A program made the position numbers and the translations under genes. Shown here in pieces: positions 35,922 to 48,072 of a DNA stretch of 64,000 bases (position 1 is its first letter; each line of letters opens with the position of its first letter). Source of the stretch: Yuukianura sp. NJ FZ-2021 (lineage: Eukaryota); assembly GCA_046563655.1 (NCBI GenBank), contig CM102290.1:14198001-14262000 (forward strand). The letters are read 5' to 3'. Under the pieces are notes generated by a model. That model was not told the origin of the DNA and did not search any database. It saw nothing but the letters and a program-made list of their open reading frames with translations.

Positions 35922-38285
35922 ATGAGTAGGGTTGAGGTGGAGAAGTCGTACCTTCCGCAGTACATTCAACTTTCTGGCCATGGAGACGTCAATAAACTGG
36001 AAAGTGGAGGATACGAGGATCCGAATAAACCGGAAGTGCTAGTCTACGGTGGCAAAGGAGTTGACTACGCCAATCAAAATTTGTATCCGAGTCTTCTTCC
36101 CGCCAAAAACCCGGATTCAAAAACCCCGCTTATTTCAAAACCCAAGAAACATGCGCCGACCAAAGCCAATTGGTTTGGAATCTTCCTGGCATTCATGTCC
36201 GGAGTATTCTTCACCCTTTGCTCAGGAACTGTCAAGTATCTCACGGACATTGACCCCATGGAACTACTCATCTTCAGGTCACTTTTTCAGGTAACGCAAA
36301 CAATCAACTGCGCAGAAGCTGCGATTTCTTCTGGTCAGAAGATTTTGTTTCTACTACGCAGAAGCTGCGATTTCTACTGCGCAGAAGGTTTTTTTTAAGG
36401 TCAACGACCTCCAATAATGTTTGTTGTATAAATGGGGCGAAGGTTCCTTGACAACCAAATTATATTTCCTACAACAGGTTGTCCAATATATCAGAGTTTC
36501 GAAAAATGTTACTTGAAACAAACTTCTGAACTAATTCCTATTACATTACATACAAATCATTACCATAGAAAGGCACTGTGAAGCAAATTTTGCAAATTAT
36601 TTAACAAAATTCAAAAGTCGAGTTATTGGACAACCTGGTGTAGAAAAATCAAAGTCAACAAACCTTGGTTTGGTTTCTACTGCGCAGAAGCTTTGGTTTT
36701 TAGTTCGCAGAAGGCTTTCTAAGGTCAATGACCTCCAATATTGTTCGTTGTATAAGTTGTGCTATTGAAGATAGGCAAAGCACTGAATCGTTTGTGGCAA
36801 GGATGAGTCAAGGAGTCATAACCTTGACTCATTGACTCAATATTCATTGACTCATGACTCATTTTGACTCTGTAGGTAGCCCTTACTTTACCAATTGCGT
36901 TGTACAAGCGTCAGAATGTGCTTGGTCCAGAGGGGTCACGACTGCTGCTGTTTGCCCAAGGCCTCGTCGGAGGCACGACGCTCGTCCTGCTCTTCTACTC
37001 CTTCCGACTTCTACCGCTAGGAGATGCTGCCACTATCATTTTTAGGTACGAAATTCAAAATTTCAAAAAAAAAATGTCAAAATTTCAAAAAATTGAACAT
37101 TTTGGAAACTTATAGCTCGCCCGTGTTCGTGATGGTGATGTCCCACATTTGTTTGCACGAACCGTGCGGTTTTTACCGTACATTTATCGTGACGCTGCTC
37201 GTGACTGGAGTCGTGATGATCACGAAACCGCCGTTCCTCTTTTCAAGCAATAGTGGGCAAGAGACGTACAACATCCTGGGCTACATCTGCGCCCTCTGCG
37301 GTACGCTTTTTACTGCGATCAACATTGTCGTGATGCGGAAGTTGAAGGATGTCCACTTCTCGGTCGTCGTGTTCCAGTTCTCGTTCTATTCACTCATCAT
37401 CAGTTCAATCATCTTGGCTCTATCGGGAGACTGGGAAGTGCCAAACAACACTCCGCAGGAATGGATTCTGTGTGTACTCGTCGCAGTGTTCGGAGTGTCT
37501 GGACAGATTCTGGTGGCCATAGCACTGGGACACGAGGGGGCTGGAAGAGTCGCAGTCACAAGGTCACTCGACATTGTCTTGGCATACGTCCTACAGGTGA
37601 GCTCAGTTGAAAATTTAACTCACTTCGACTTTAGTTTGTTACTTAAGTAACAAATGAGGTCAAATTTGACCTCATTTTGACCAGTTTTGACTTGTTTGGA
37701 ATTTATCTTGACTTATTTTGACCAGTTTCAGCCAAGGTTCCTTGCACCGAATTGTAATTTCCAGAACAGGTTGTCCAATAACTCAGGGTTTCCAAAAATC
37801 TTACCTCAAAAAAAATTTCTGCTGCACCAATCCCATTTACATTACCTGCGAAAAATCACAATAGAAAGGCTGATTTGCTATTTCAAACAAATTTAAAATC
37901 TTCCAGTTATTGAACAACCTGGTGCAGAAACAGTTTTTTTTTTGTTTACGAACCTTGACTTTCAGCAGTTTTGGTTTGTGTTGCCTTTATCTTGACTTCG
38001 TTTTGACCACACTTTGACCAGTTTTACTTTGACTTTATCTTAAGTTCGTTTTGACTTGATTTTGACCAGTTGTGGTACATTTTGAGTTCAGTTTTAGCAG
38101 TTTGACTTCGTTTTGATGTTACTTTGACCTCATTTGACCTTTGTATTTTGACGTTGTTTCAGGTCATAATCTTTGGAGATGTTCCGGAGTGGGAGTCAAT
38201 GCTCGGAGCGTTTATGGTGATGATTTGTGTGATTGGCATGGGCTTGGAGGATGTCATTCACCGTCTCTTCACATCAGTCCCTTAA
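35922..38285 (+). CDS. SLC35G-like (EamA/DMT superfamily) multi-pass transporter; exons 35922-36290, 36876-37045, 37116-37596, 38163-38285
   Basis: About 10 hydrophobic segments; EamA-type motifs LPLGDAATIIFSSPVFV, EGAGRVAVTRSLDIVLAY and QVIIFGDVPEWESMLGA; splice junctions stay in frame. Confidence 0.85.
36439..36667. mobile_element. hAT-like MITE, subfamily B, in transporter intron 1
   Basis: AAGGTTCCTTGACAACC...GGACAACCTGGTGTAGAAAA...AAACCTTG; internal ACCATAGAAAGGC shared with the 40573 copy and, with one change, the 37733 copy. Confidence 0.8.
37733..37957. mobile_element. hAT-like MITE, subfamily B, in transporter intron 3
   Basis: CAAGGTTCC...GAACCTTG; flanks AGTTTCAGC/ACTTTCAGC. Confidence 0.8.
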
Positions 38286-40572
38286 ATCTAACCTTTGACC
38301 TACAAAATTTAACTACCTTTTTAAAACATTTAAAATTTATTTACAGCATAACATATACAACTTTTGATAAGCTTAATCACTCAAAAGTGAGCCTCTTGGA
38401 CACCGTTTATTAAAAAGTTCAAATAAAACTTGTCAAAAAATTGTCATCTTTTGCTCTAAGGAGTTGTAGCATAAATATTAATTTTTCTGCTTTTATAATT
38501 TTGAAACCCATTTGGAATTTCCTTTCGCTGTTTGTTTAAGTATTCCCACTGCGCAGGCGCTTTGTGCGTGCGTAATCTGCTTTGCCTTGTATCCATTGTT
38601 TTGTTTTTTTCAAACACTTTTGTTTTATCCGGATCAAAAGATGCAAAATTTCCAGAAGATTCTCAATTGAGTCTACAGATCTTGCAGATGACGATGAAGA
38701 TTAAAGTGGAGATTAAATAAGGCACATGTGGTCTGCATGTTAAGTCACGAAGAGGTCAAAGGTCATCTCGTCACTTAATCTTAAACAGATTCGCAAAGCA
38801 CAAAGAAAAGTTAAGTTTTCAGGTCATGTGAAGATCAAGACATTTCGTACACAGCAATTACATCAACATCAATTTAAAAAAAAAGGAGAAAAAAAATTAT
38901 TTTTTTTTGAGGTAAAAATACTATTTTTAACAAAAATCAAGAAACACATGGCGTCTGATTAAAAAAAAAATTTGACCTTTCAGCTTTTTAACTTCAAATT
39001 GCACCCAAAATTTGAAATTCTTGGACTCGAAATGCATTTCTTAAAAAAAATGCTGCAAAAATTGAAGTAAAAAACTTCAGCTGTAGAAATTTTTGAAATG
39101 TAAGCGTCCAAAATTACATCTCGTTTATGTTTTTTCATTTTCTGAAATTTTGAAAACCAGTTTGAAAGAAAAAACGAAGTTGATGAAATTATTCCTTATT
39201 ACTCCGCTGTGCAAAACTTTTATGTTCCCACTCTGCGACATGACATGAATTTTTTTAAACGTTTGAATGAACCCGCGCAGCACTTTACTCCCATCTTAAA
39301 GCCCGGCAGTTTTTTTGCGGGAGTTTTTGAATTTAATAACTGGCGCTAAAATGGAAAGTGCCGTATTTTGTGTGCCATTGTGAAGACTCTCATCCGTTTT
39401 ACTGCTCCACGGAAAACAATCCATTTGCATCCCATTCCTTAACCTCCAAAAAACCATTAAAGGAATCAAGGGTGTTCTCAATTCAGACTTTTTTCAAAAA
39501 AAAATCTTAAATGCCCGCCTAAAAACCATGAAAAATAAAACTCTCTTGTTATCACCTCGTTACTCGAAGTTTACGGACGGAAACGACCGCACTGACGACG
39601 GTTACTTACCTTACTCTTGAGAAATCCAAGGTTGCTATAGCAACGAAATAGTTTTCCTTTAACAGGTTAGACAATAAGTCCTGTTTTCGACAAAATGTTG
39701 AGATCTTTGAGTCTGGAGGACCCAAAATTTTTCGTAGCCGGGAGAATTTTGTCAAATTTTTTGATTTTTTTTTCTTTTTTTTAACGTTTTACGACGTTTC
39801 AAGCCTAGAATGTTAAGGAAGTAAAATGTGCGTAATGCAGCGCCCTGTAATGTTTTTGAAGTTTAGATTTCCGCGAAAACTTAAACTAACTACACTCTGT
39901 TGCGTTTTCCACTCTTTTGGGGCAAAGTGAGTCATAACTATTTTGAAAATGTAGCATCACACTCTCTCCTCACTACGCAATGACAATCAGTCTCAATCAC
40001 TTTTCCGCAACAGTTTTCAAAAAATTTCCACTTTTTTAGAACAAAGAACTAAAAAAGAAACGGTGGAAGTCATTTGAAAGTGAGTTGCAGGAGAGTCGTT
40101 ATATCCAAAGTAGGCGTCTTTCCATGGCACGTTTTATGGCCAAATCCTCTGCTTTTGGGGTATAACGACCTCTGGATTAATTGAGCACTTCTGCTTTTTT
40201 TTTCAAAAACTCCCGCTTTTTTGTTTTTTGAAAAAGTCTGAGTTTTTCTTCTCCCTAAGATGAGCTCATAATCGTAACTATTAAGCTCTGCCTACCATGC
40301 TCCTGCTTTTGGATTTAAATTATGGATTTAACTTGGTTAATTAAATTTTCAAAAGTGAAAGAAACGGAATCCCGCCACTTTTGAAAAAAAAGTTCAACCA
40401 ATACTAAAATTAGCAGCGGGAAAAGGAAAAGACTAATTAAGTTTAAAATTTCCGCGACAAAATGCAGTATCAAATTACCCTAAACAGAAAATTAACAATT
40501 AAAATTAAGAATTATCAAAATTAAATTTCAAACGCTGTTTACCGCCAAAATAGTACATTCAACAGCTTTATT

Positions 40573-40796
40573 CAAGGTTCCTTGACAACCGAATTGTATT
40601 TCCTGCAGTAGGTTGTCCAATAACTAAGGGGTTTCAAAAATCTTGCTTCAAACAACTTTTAGTACCTATCCCATTTAGATTACATGAAAAAAATTACCAT
40701 AGAAAGGCAGATTGGCTAATTTCAAACAAATATTAAAACTTCGAGTTGTTGGACAACCTGGTGTAGAAAAAGTTTTCTTTTTGTTTATGAACCTTG
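40573..40796. mobile_element. hAT-like MITE, subfamily B
   Basis: CAAGGTTCC...GAACCTTG; TSD GCTTTATT/GCTTAATT (7 of 8 match). Confidence 0.82.
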
Positions 40797-42918
40797 GCTT
40801 AATTTCAAATGATTTCAACTAATAAAATAAATTCGCGGGAGTTTTTAAAATTGGTGGGTACAAGTGAACTGGCGTCGTCCTTGCTTCAACCAACCAAACT
40901 TTTAATCATAAAAGAAGAATTTTGAAATTTTTGAATGACCCGCCCAAAAGTTTTGGTATGAAAAGTGCAGTGGAGCGCGTAGTGTCTGGAAGACTAAATT
41001 TGGACAATTTAAGGTTCCCTAATTGTGTAGATATGAGCGTTGTTCCTCAAGTTCTGAATGGACCAAATTGTTTGGAGTTTGTGGAGAGACGGGTTGAAAA
41101 TGGGCGGGAAACGTAGGACCGCTTTTAATTTTCCCGCCACAAAAGACTCATCTTTGCTCCACTTTCTCCAGACTTTCCAGGACGACTGACTGGGGTCCTA
41201 TGAATAAAAATGTCCCTACTTCAAATGAGCAGCATCAGCAAGAACCAGGCTGGAGAGTCACCGGGTACTCGTGGACGGAAGTTTATGGACGGATGATAGA
41301 CATCCACTTCCGTCCATGTTTCCGTCCATGGACGTCGTGAAACTGGAGAAGCAGTGGATGCTGTCTGGAGCTACCCGCAGCACACTGGAAGCAGGAAAAG
41401 GAAGTTATTACAATTTGCATTTACAATCATTCTGTTCCAACAAGAAATTCAGCACAAGAGCTCCATAATTAAATCCAAATGAGCCACAGAAACAGTCGAA
41501 TTTTTACTGCTACTTTTTTACTTTTACTTTTTTACTTTTACTTTTTTACTTCTACTTTTTATTTAAATGTATTATTTAAAAGTAGCTAAAGCCATGCTTA
41601 CACTCCAGAAACAAATTCAAAACGTGCAAACTTTGATGTACACTCAAAAAGTTGCAAATTCCAGTTAAATTCTGTGTGGAATGTGCAATTTTCAGTAAAA
41701 TTTTGAATGGAATGTGCAAAATTGAGTAAAATGTTCCGGAAAATGTGAAATTTCAGCTCTTTTTCAGCATTTTCTAGCAATTTGACTTAAGCCAAGCACG
41801 CACAATTACGGCTTGCCAAAAATCACGTTTTGTGGCAACTTTTAAATTCAAAATCTTTAACTGGCATCGTTTACATTAAAAGTTTTGAATATTATGGTGT
41901 TTCCTTTGGTGTTACAGTGTTTTCTTGGGTGTTATGGTGTTTTCTAGGGTGTTACAGTGTTTTTGTGAATGTGTTTTATTTAGCCAGAGTGCTACTTGAC
42001 TGCCAGTGTCTATTAGTTGATCCACAACTATCAGCAGCCCATCTCCACTCACTCTCATCTATTCAAATGACTCTGCTCCTACTATAAAATTCTAGTCCCG
42101 CCTGGAATTCAACCAACTTTTCTTGCAGCTTCCTGGGATCGATCGACCGCCTCCTATCACAAAAAACTGGATTCCGCTAACACCATCTCGCTACTCCACT
42201 TTCACCAAACGAGAGAACCAGCAGACTATGCACTCTCGCTCTCCTTTTCTATCCTCTACAATACAAATTGCTCCAAACTTTCCACATTTCCAAAATGACT
42301 TTGATGAAATTTTTTTTCTTTAAAAATGATTTTTTTTTGTTCAAAAATTGTAACGTTTCTCTCTCAGGCTTTTTAATATCATGATCATTCTCCTGTTAAA
42401 CTGACTTTTGGTTGTATCAATCATGAGACTCTTGAATAATTGAATAGCGGAGACACACTGGCATCTCTCCTCTGTCGTTAAATATATCTCTTCAATTAAA
42501 TAAAGTTAACCAGGTAGTTAATTAATTAATTAAGTCTTAACACTTAAGCCCACTTCACACCTCCACTTTTTGTTAAGCCCTGTCTCCACTCACTGCGGAT
42601 TCACTTTTAACTTAAGTCTAATTTAACTAATTAGTTCAAGTTAACAATTAAATTAAGTAGCAATATAGTATATGTTAGCGTTCTAAAATTTTCTAAACAT
42701 TCTAAAGTTTTTTTTCTCTTTTCTTAACTGATTTTAGACAATAAATAACTGTTGCGTTTCTGATTTTTTTGAATTTTTTAAAAGTCTATTTTTTCCCGCG
42801 CTTTTCAAAGCGCCGCTCTACCCCACCCACTCTTTTCCGTTGTTAGGATGGGCTATGTACACTGTGTCAAGGGAGGCGTGTACAAACAGTTGTAGCACAA
42901 AAGCAACAAATTTGTACA

Positions 42919-43066
42919 AGGTTTCACGGTTTTTCGGATTTTTCAGGAGAATTTTAACGGTTTTCACGGTTTTTCCGATTTTTCAGAGGAATTTAAACGG
43001 TTTTCACGATTTTTTGGATTTTTCAGAGTTTTATCGGTTTTCGCGATTTTTCGGATTTTGCTGAGG
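42919..43066. repeat. About 40-bp tandem repeat (GGTTTTCACGGTTTTTCGGATTTTTCAGAGGA...), about 4 copies
   Basis: Direct inspection. Confidence 0.8.
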
Positions 43067-44571
43067 AAAAGTGTGCACCTAGCTTAAGTTTGGGTATGGG
43101 GTGGGGTGTTACAAGGAGTTTTGTTAAATGTTGTATATAATAATACTTATACTAAGTATATTATTCAATAATATATATTAATATATTACTTTCTTACTAA
43201 ATTATGCAAATTAGGAAGGACTCTCTCTTAAGTCTCCATGTAGAGACGACTACTTTAGATGTATTACATATGGACCCTACGTTGTAAACAATAAAGGGAT
43301 AGCAAACGAGCGTAGTAAATTTGCGTAGGCGTTGAATAGTTAGTCACTTTTTGCCGCAACATCACAAGAGAATAAACTTGGCGCCAAAAAATTTTCCTCT
43401 TCTAACAAAAATTTAGCTTTAGTAACTCGACATTTTTCGGATCTGTTCGTGTTTTAAACCAACCTTTAACAAAAATTTGAAATTTGGAGATAGTACCTCT
43501 GCTTCTCAAAGTTTTCGAAAAACGGGAAATTTCAAACTTAAGTTTTACAAATTTTTCGTATTTTGCAACACTGTCACAAAATTTTCACTGCTTTAAATAC
43601 TGTTGAGCCTTGATTTAGAATTTACTTGACAGTTTACAAGAATAGAAGGAAAAAAGCTCAGCGTTGCGTTTAGCGTTTTGTTTGCTCTCAAATTTGCATT
43701 TTTCTCATACCTTTTTTAGTTCTATTCTCTAAGACATCTCAACGACAACAATATGAGCGACAAACTAAATTTGCGACACTTCAATACGTCGACTTTTGTT
43801 TAAGTGAAAACGTTTTGAAGATGTATGACGTCATCGTTGACCGGAAAACTGTTGAAAACGTGTCACTCCGCAGCCAACTGTTTCAGCGAAACGCAAAATC
43901 AGCGAAATTCAAATCAGCGACTAATCGTAGGTCAAAGGTCAGCCGATAGTAGATTCATGGCGTCAGAGATGGTAGTAATTAACGTAGAGCTGGATCCAAT
44001 TTCCTGTTTTTCCTTTGTCATTCGATCTCTGTGTAAAGCGACTGACGGTCGTACAAAAGCCAGGATGTCGTTAAGGCGACATCACCAAAGTGTCGCCTTT
44101 CCCTTCATCCTTCTACTGTTTGTTGTCACCAATACCAAGTCTGAGCTAGGTCAATCCATCCTGGAACAAACCAGAAAACAATACCATTGTGAAAACACTT
44201 CATATTCTCCCGCGCCTTTGTTTAAATTTCGCTCCTCCCGCGCACCAAACCTAAACTTTCCAAGCTTTTGATCTCCTTTGCTTCTTGAAAACAATGGAAT
44301 CCAGGTTTGCTTTTCAAAGTCCATTGTTCTCTTCATTCAAAATTTTGGCGCCAAAAACAAAACTAACAAGATCGAAAGAGAGATTATCACCTGAGAGATC
44401 ATCATTAATAGAAAACAAAAGAGAAACCAACTCACTTTCACTCTGATTTCGCCACTCAAGCGCGAAGGCAGAAATTTAAACAAATTTTCGCGCCTTCGAT
44501 TTGCTAGGTGTTTTCATCTTGAGTCGTTTCAGCGAGTTTCGTTATAGTTTTCGCTCGAAATGAAACGGAAT

Positions 44572-44827
44572 CAAGGTTCCTTGGCACTGAAAAATTAAGT
44601 TTCTTTAACAGGTTGGGTACTACCTCTCTTGTTGACAAAAAAAAATTGTACCAATCTTAGTACCAATCCAAAAACTTGGTACCAATTTGAATGCACAATG
44701 TAAAAAATTTGGGTGTATTGTTATGACTACGATGCCCTGAAATGAAAGGACACTTTTTTTTGCAAAATGAAAAAAAACGTGAGGTATTACCCAACCTGTT
44801 ACAGAGAATCAAAGTCATCAAACCTTG
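44572..44827. mobile_element. hAT-like MITE, subfamily A
   Basis: CAAGGTTCC...AAACCTTG; flanked by direct repeat (A)AACGGAAT; internal sequence shared with the 13526, 51596 and 57051 copies. Confidence 0.85.
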
Positions 44828-46372
44828 AAACGGAATAGTGGAGAATACAGACTGTACATTTGAAAAAAAAATTTCTTTCGGCACGAAATACGATTTTCGC
44901 GGTATTGTGTGTACAAGTAGCTGGTTTTGCTTATACGGGTGGATTTTGAATTGTTTTGAAATTTTTTACAAACGCATGAAATATTTTTCAAAATTTAGTG
45001 TAATATTATGCGGATTTTCTCATTCTTTTTTTTTTCATGTTGTAAGTGATCGAACTTTTGTTTAAGTTTACGACACACAAACTTTCAAAAAATTTGGTGA
45101 AACTTTGAATTATGGCGGGAAATCCTGGTGTGACTGGATCCCGGGGATCCTAAATCTGAATTAGTCCAATTTCAATTGTGACGGGTCGGTTTCAAACAAC
45201 TATAAAAGTGAAAGTATCTCTTTTTACAAAGTGTTTCAAAATGTTAGAACAAAGTTTTGGAAGGATCGAACTGTGCAAAAAATGTGGAGCTGTGTGTACG
45301 GAAACTAAAAAAAAATGTGACTGTTCGGAACAGAAGAAAAAAACGGGGAAATTTCGGAAAAAAAAAATTGTTTGAAACTTTTTGCTTTTTGTTACGATCG
45401 GATTGTAACACTTTTCCTTTGTTACAAGAACACGAACAGCACAAGATGTAAGTATGATGGTGTCTGGGACTTACTTTTTTGAAAATAAAAAATAAAACAA
45501 AGTTTTTGTTTGGAGAAAGTTTCACTTTTTTTTTGAAAAAAGTTTTCTTGGAATCATTTTTTTCTCTTTGTTCTCTGTTGCAGCTAATCATCCATAACCA
45601 GAAGAAGAATGTCTGCAACAACTCGAATTTCGAAAAAAACAAACTTTCTTCATGTTCAAAGACTTTTCATATTGTGTAAAAAAAACATAATAAGATCATT
45701 CAGTATTGTACACGAGTGAGAAATGTTTTTTTGTATAACACGCATGCGCAGTATGTGTTTTGAACACAACAGGAAATAAGAGCAAACGAATCGTATAACA
45801 CGCAGAAGCTGCATTCCTTAAAATTCACTTTTAAGGAATGGAAAGTGAATTCGTAAATTTGTTGAAAAAAAAAAACTCTGTGAAATGCTTTCTTTAGTGT
45901 CAAATTTTTCAAACTGAACTTTCCCTTTCAAGATTTTAGGTTCTGCTTAACAAAAATCCGAATTCTTGAGTAAGTTAAAAATTTTTTTTTGGGGTTATTT
46001 GCAAAAATTCTTTTTAATGTAAAAAGTTTTTTAAAGAAGGCATTTTAGTTTGTAACGTTTGAGAGAGTGGTTTTAGCTCAGTTTAAAAATCCTATTTTTT
46101 TTTAAAAACTTGAAAGGAATCTAGTTTTTTAAAAACCTTGAAAATCTTGGTCCTCCGGTTTTTCAAAAAAGTTTTTGCGTGCGGAGGGATAGTGTAAGAG
46201 ACTTTGGTTTACGAAAGAATTAGGAAGAGAAAGTTGACTTTCTCCGTAACGTCTTTTCCTCCAGCACCCAAACTTCTGGCACGTGCCTAACCCATAATTT
46301 TCACCAAGTGCACAATTCGTTGACACAAGAAAGCGCGAAACCAAAAAAGTTACCTTGTTTTTCTCCAAAAAG

Positions 46373-46677
46373 CAAGGTTCCTATAGCAACGAAATAGTTA
46401 TCTTTAACAGGTTAGGCAATAAGTCCCGTTTTCCAAAAATGTCACTGCAAACATTTTTTTTTATTCTGATTTTACCCTGAACTTGTTGATCACTTTATTT
46501 GAGTTAAAAATTTGCATCCAACTACAGAATAAAAATATATCGGAGCTAAAATCACCACGGAAGCTAGATCTGCAGTGATATCATTTCAGTTTTTTTAATT
46601 TTGGGGGGAAAACAATAAAACTTGACTTATTGCCTAACCTGTTAAAGAAAAAACTGTTTTCTTGTTTACTAACCTTG
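46373..46677. mobile_element. hAT-like MITE, subfamily C
   Basis: CAAGGTTCCTATAGCAACG...AACCTTG; perfect 8-bp TSD CCAAAAAG. Its left end matches a truncated copy at about 39627-39690. Confidence 0.85.
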
Positions 46678-48004
46678 CCAAAAAGTTTCCGTGCTCTCCA
46701 GGGAATTAAAATGCAGCAACGTTTGGGTTCCACGCCTTGCGTCTTTGTTCCAACGACGACAAGAAAAGACTTTTTCAAAAACACAACTTTCTCCCGCGTC
46801 GCTTTTTTCCCTGGAGAAATCCCGGCCTGTCTTCACACCCAAATCGGATGCTGTTGAACCACTTTTCGCCGATTTGGCGCGAAAGAGTTTTTTTCAAATT
46901 TAAGAACGTTAAAGATTTTTCTTGAGTCAGCGCCGTAACAGATTTAAAACATTTCGTGGTTTTTTAACATAAGTCGTAGTAGAATCTGCTTTGGAAGTAC
47001 ACAGAAGAAGCTCTTAAACCAATTTCGGGGTTTTCATTTTTTTTTGAAGTTCCGCGCCATAGGAGCGAAGTTGGGTGCGGTTTTTGGTTAAGAAGACGAG
47101 ACACCGTGTCACTGTCAGTGACAAGGAAGGCGGCGTGTCACAAAGTGTCACTGGGGACTGTCACCAAGGTCACACATTTTCAATTCCACTTTCACTTTCC
47201 CGGAGACCACGAAAGTGGCGGTAAATTTCAAATTCAAAATTTGAAATCTGAGCGCGCCACTTTCTCCAACTGTTGAAGTGTTTGAATTTGAATGTAAACG
47301 GAGAGTCACTAAAAGTTGTTGTTGCTTTGAGCTGTTTTTGTGGTGAACAAGAACCTGCTTGCGTTTTTTTGCAACAGTTCCAGAAAACCAGGGAGCGGAA
47401 AACTGGAAAATGTCAAATTTGAAATTTCCGCTAAAGTGAGAAGGGGGAGGGGGTTGCGGCAGAGGGGGGGGGGGTAGGATGTTGCACGTACACTTAACTT
47501 GAAGCAGGGAAAAAAAGTAGTTTCGTTGACACTGGAGGCATGAGAAAACTAAATGGTTTATTTCCAGGAGCATCAGGTAGATTCATATCACACGAAAACA
47601 CTTTGTTGTGAAGAAGAAAATTTTTTCGCCCCTGAGGCGCAAACAACCAATGCAAAGCAACGGAAACACTTTTTGAAGTTTCCCACGTCGGAAAAATTGA
47701 AATTTTTGGAGTAATCTGGAAGAAAACAGAAAAATACATTTTATGTAACCTGAAATTTAAAAAAAAAAATTAAATTCTCAAGTTAGAACTACAAATTTCT
47801 TGCCTCGAGGTGCACCATATTCAAAATTGTGGTACAAAATTTAAAAAGAAAAACTTTTTTTTAAATCAATACTTTCGTAATTTTCTGCCTTCGACATATT
47901 TGAGTAGTTACTTCTTCTATCTTGTAATTCAGACTATGTAGTTATGTAAATTATGTGGTTACATAATCACGTAGTTACTTTGAAGTTGTGTAGTTACCCC
48001 TATG

Positions 48005-48072
48005 CAAGGTTTGTTGACTGCGATTTTCTTTAACAGCTTGTATAATACCTCATGGTTTTTCCATTTTGCAAG
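48005..48072. mobile_element. Truncated MITE end
   Basis: CAAGGTTTGTTGACTGCGATTTTCTTTAACAGCTTG...AATACCTCATG matches the family terminus. Confidence 0.65.
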
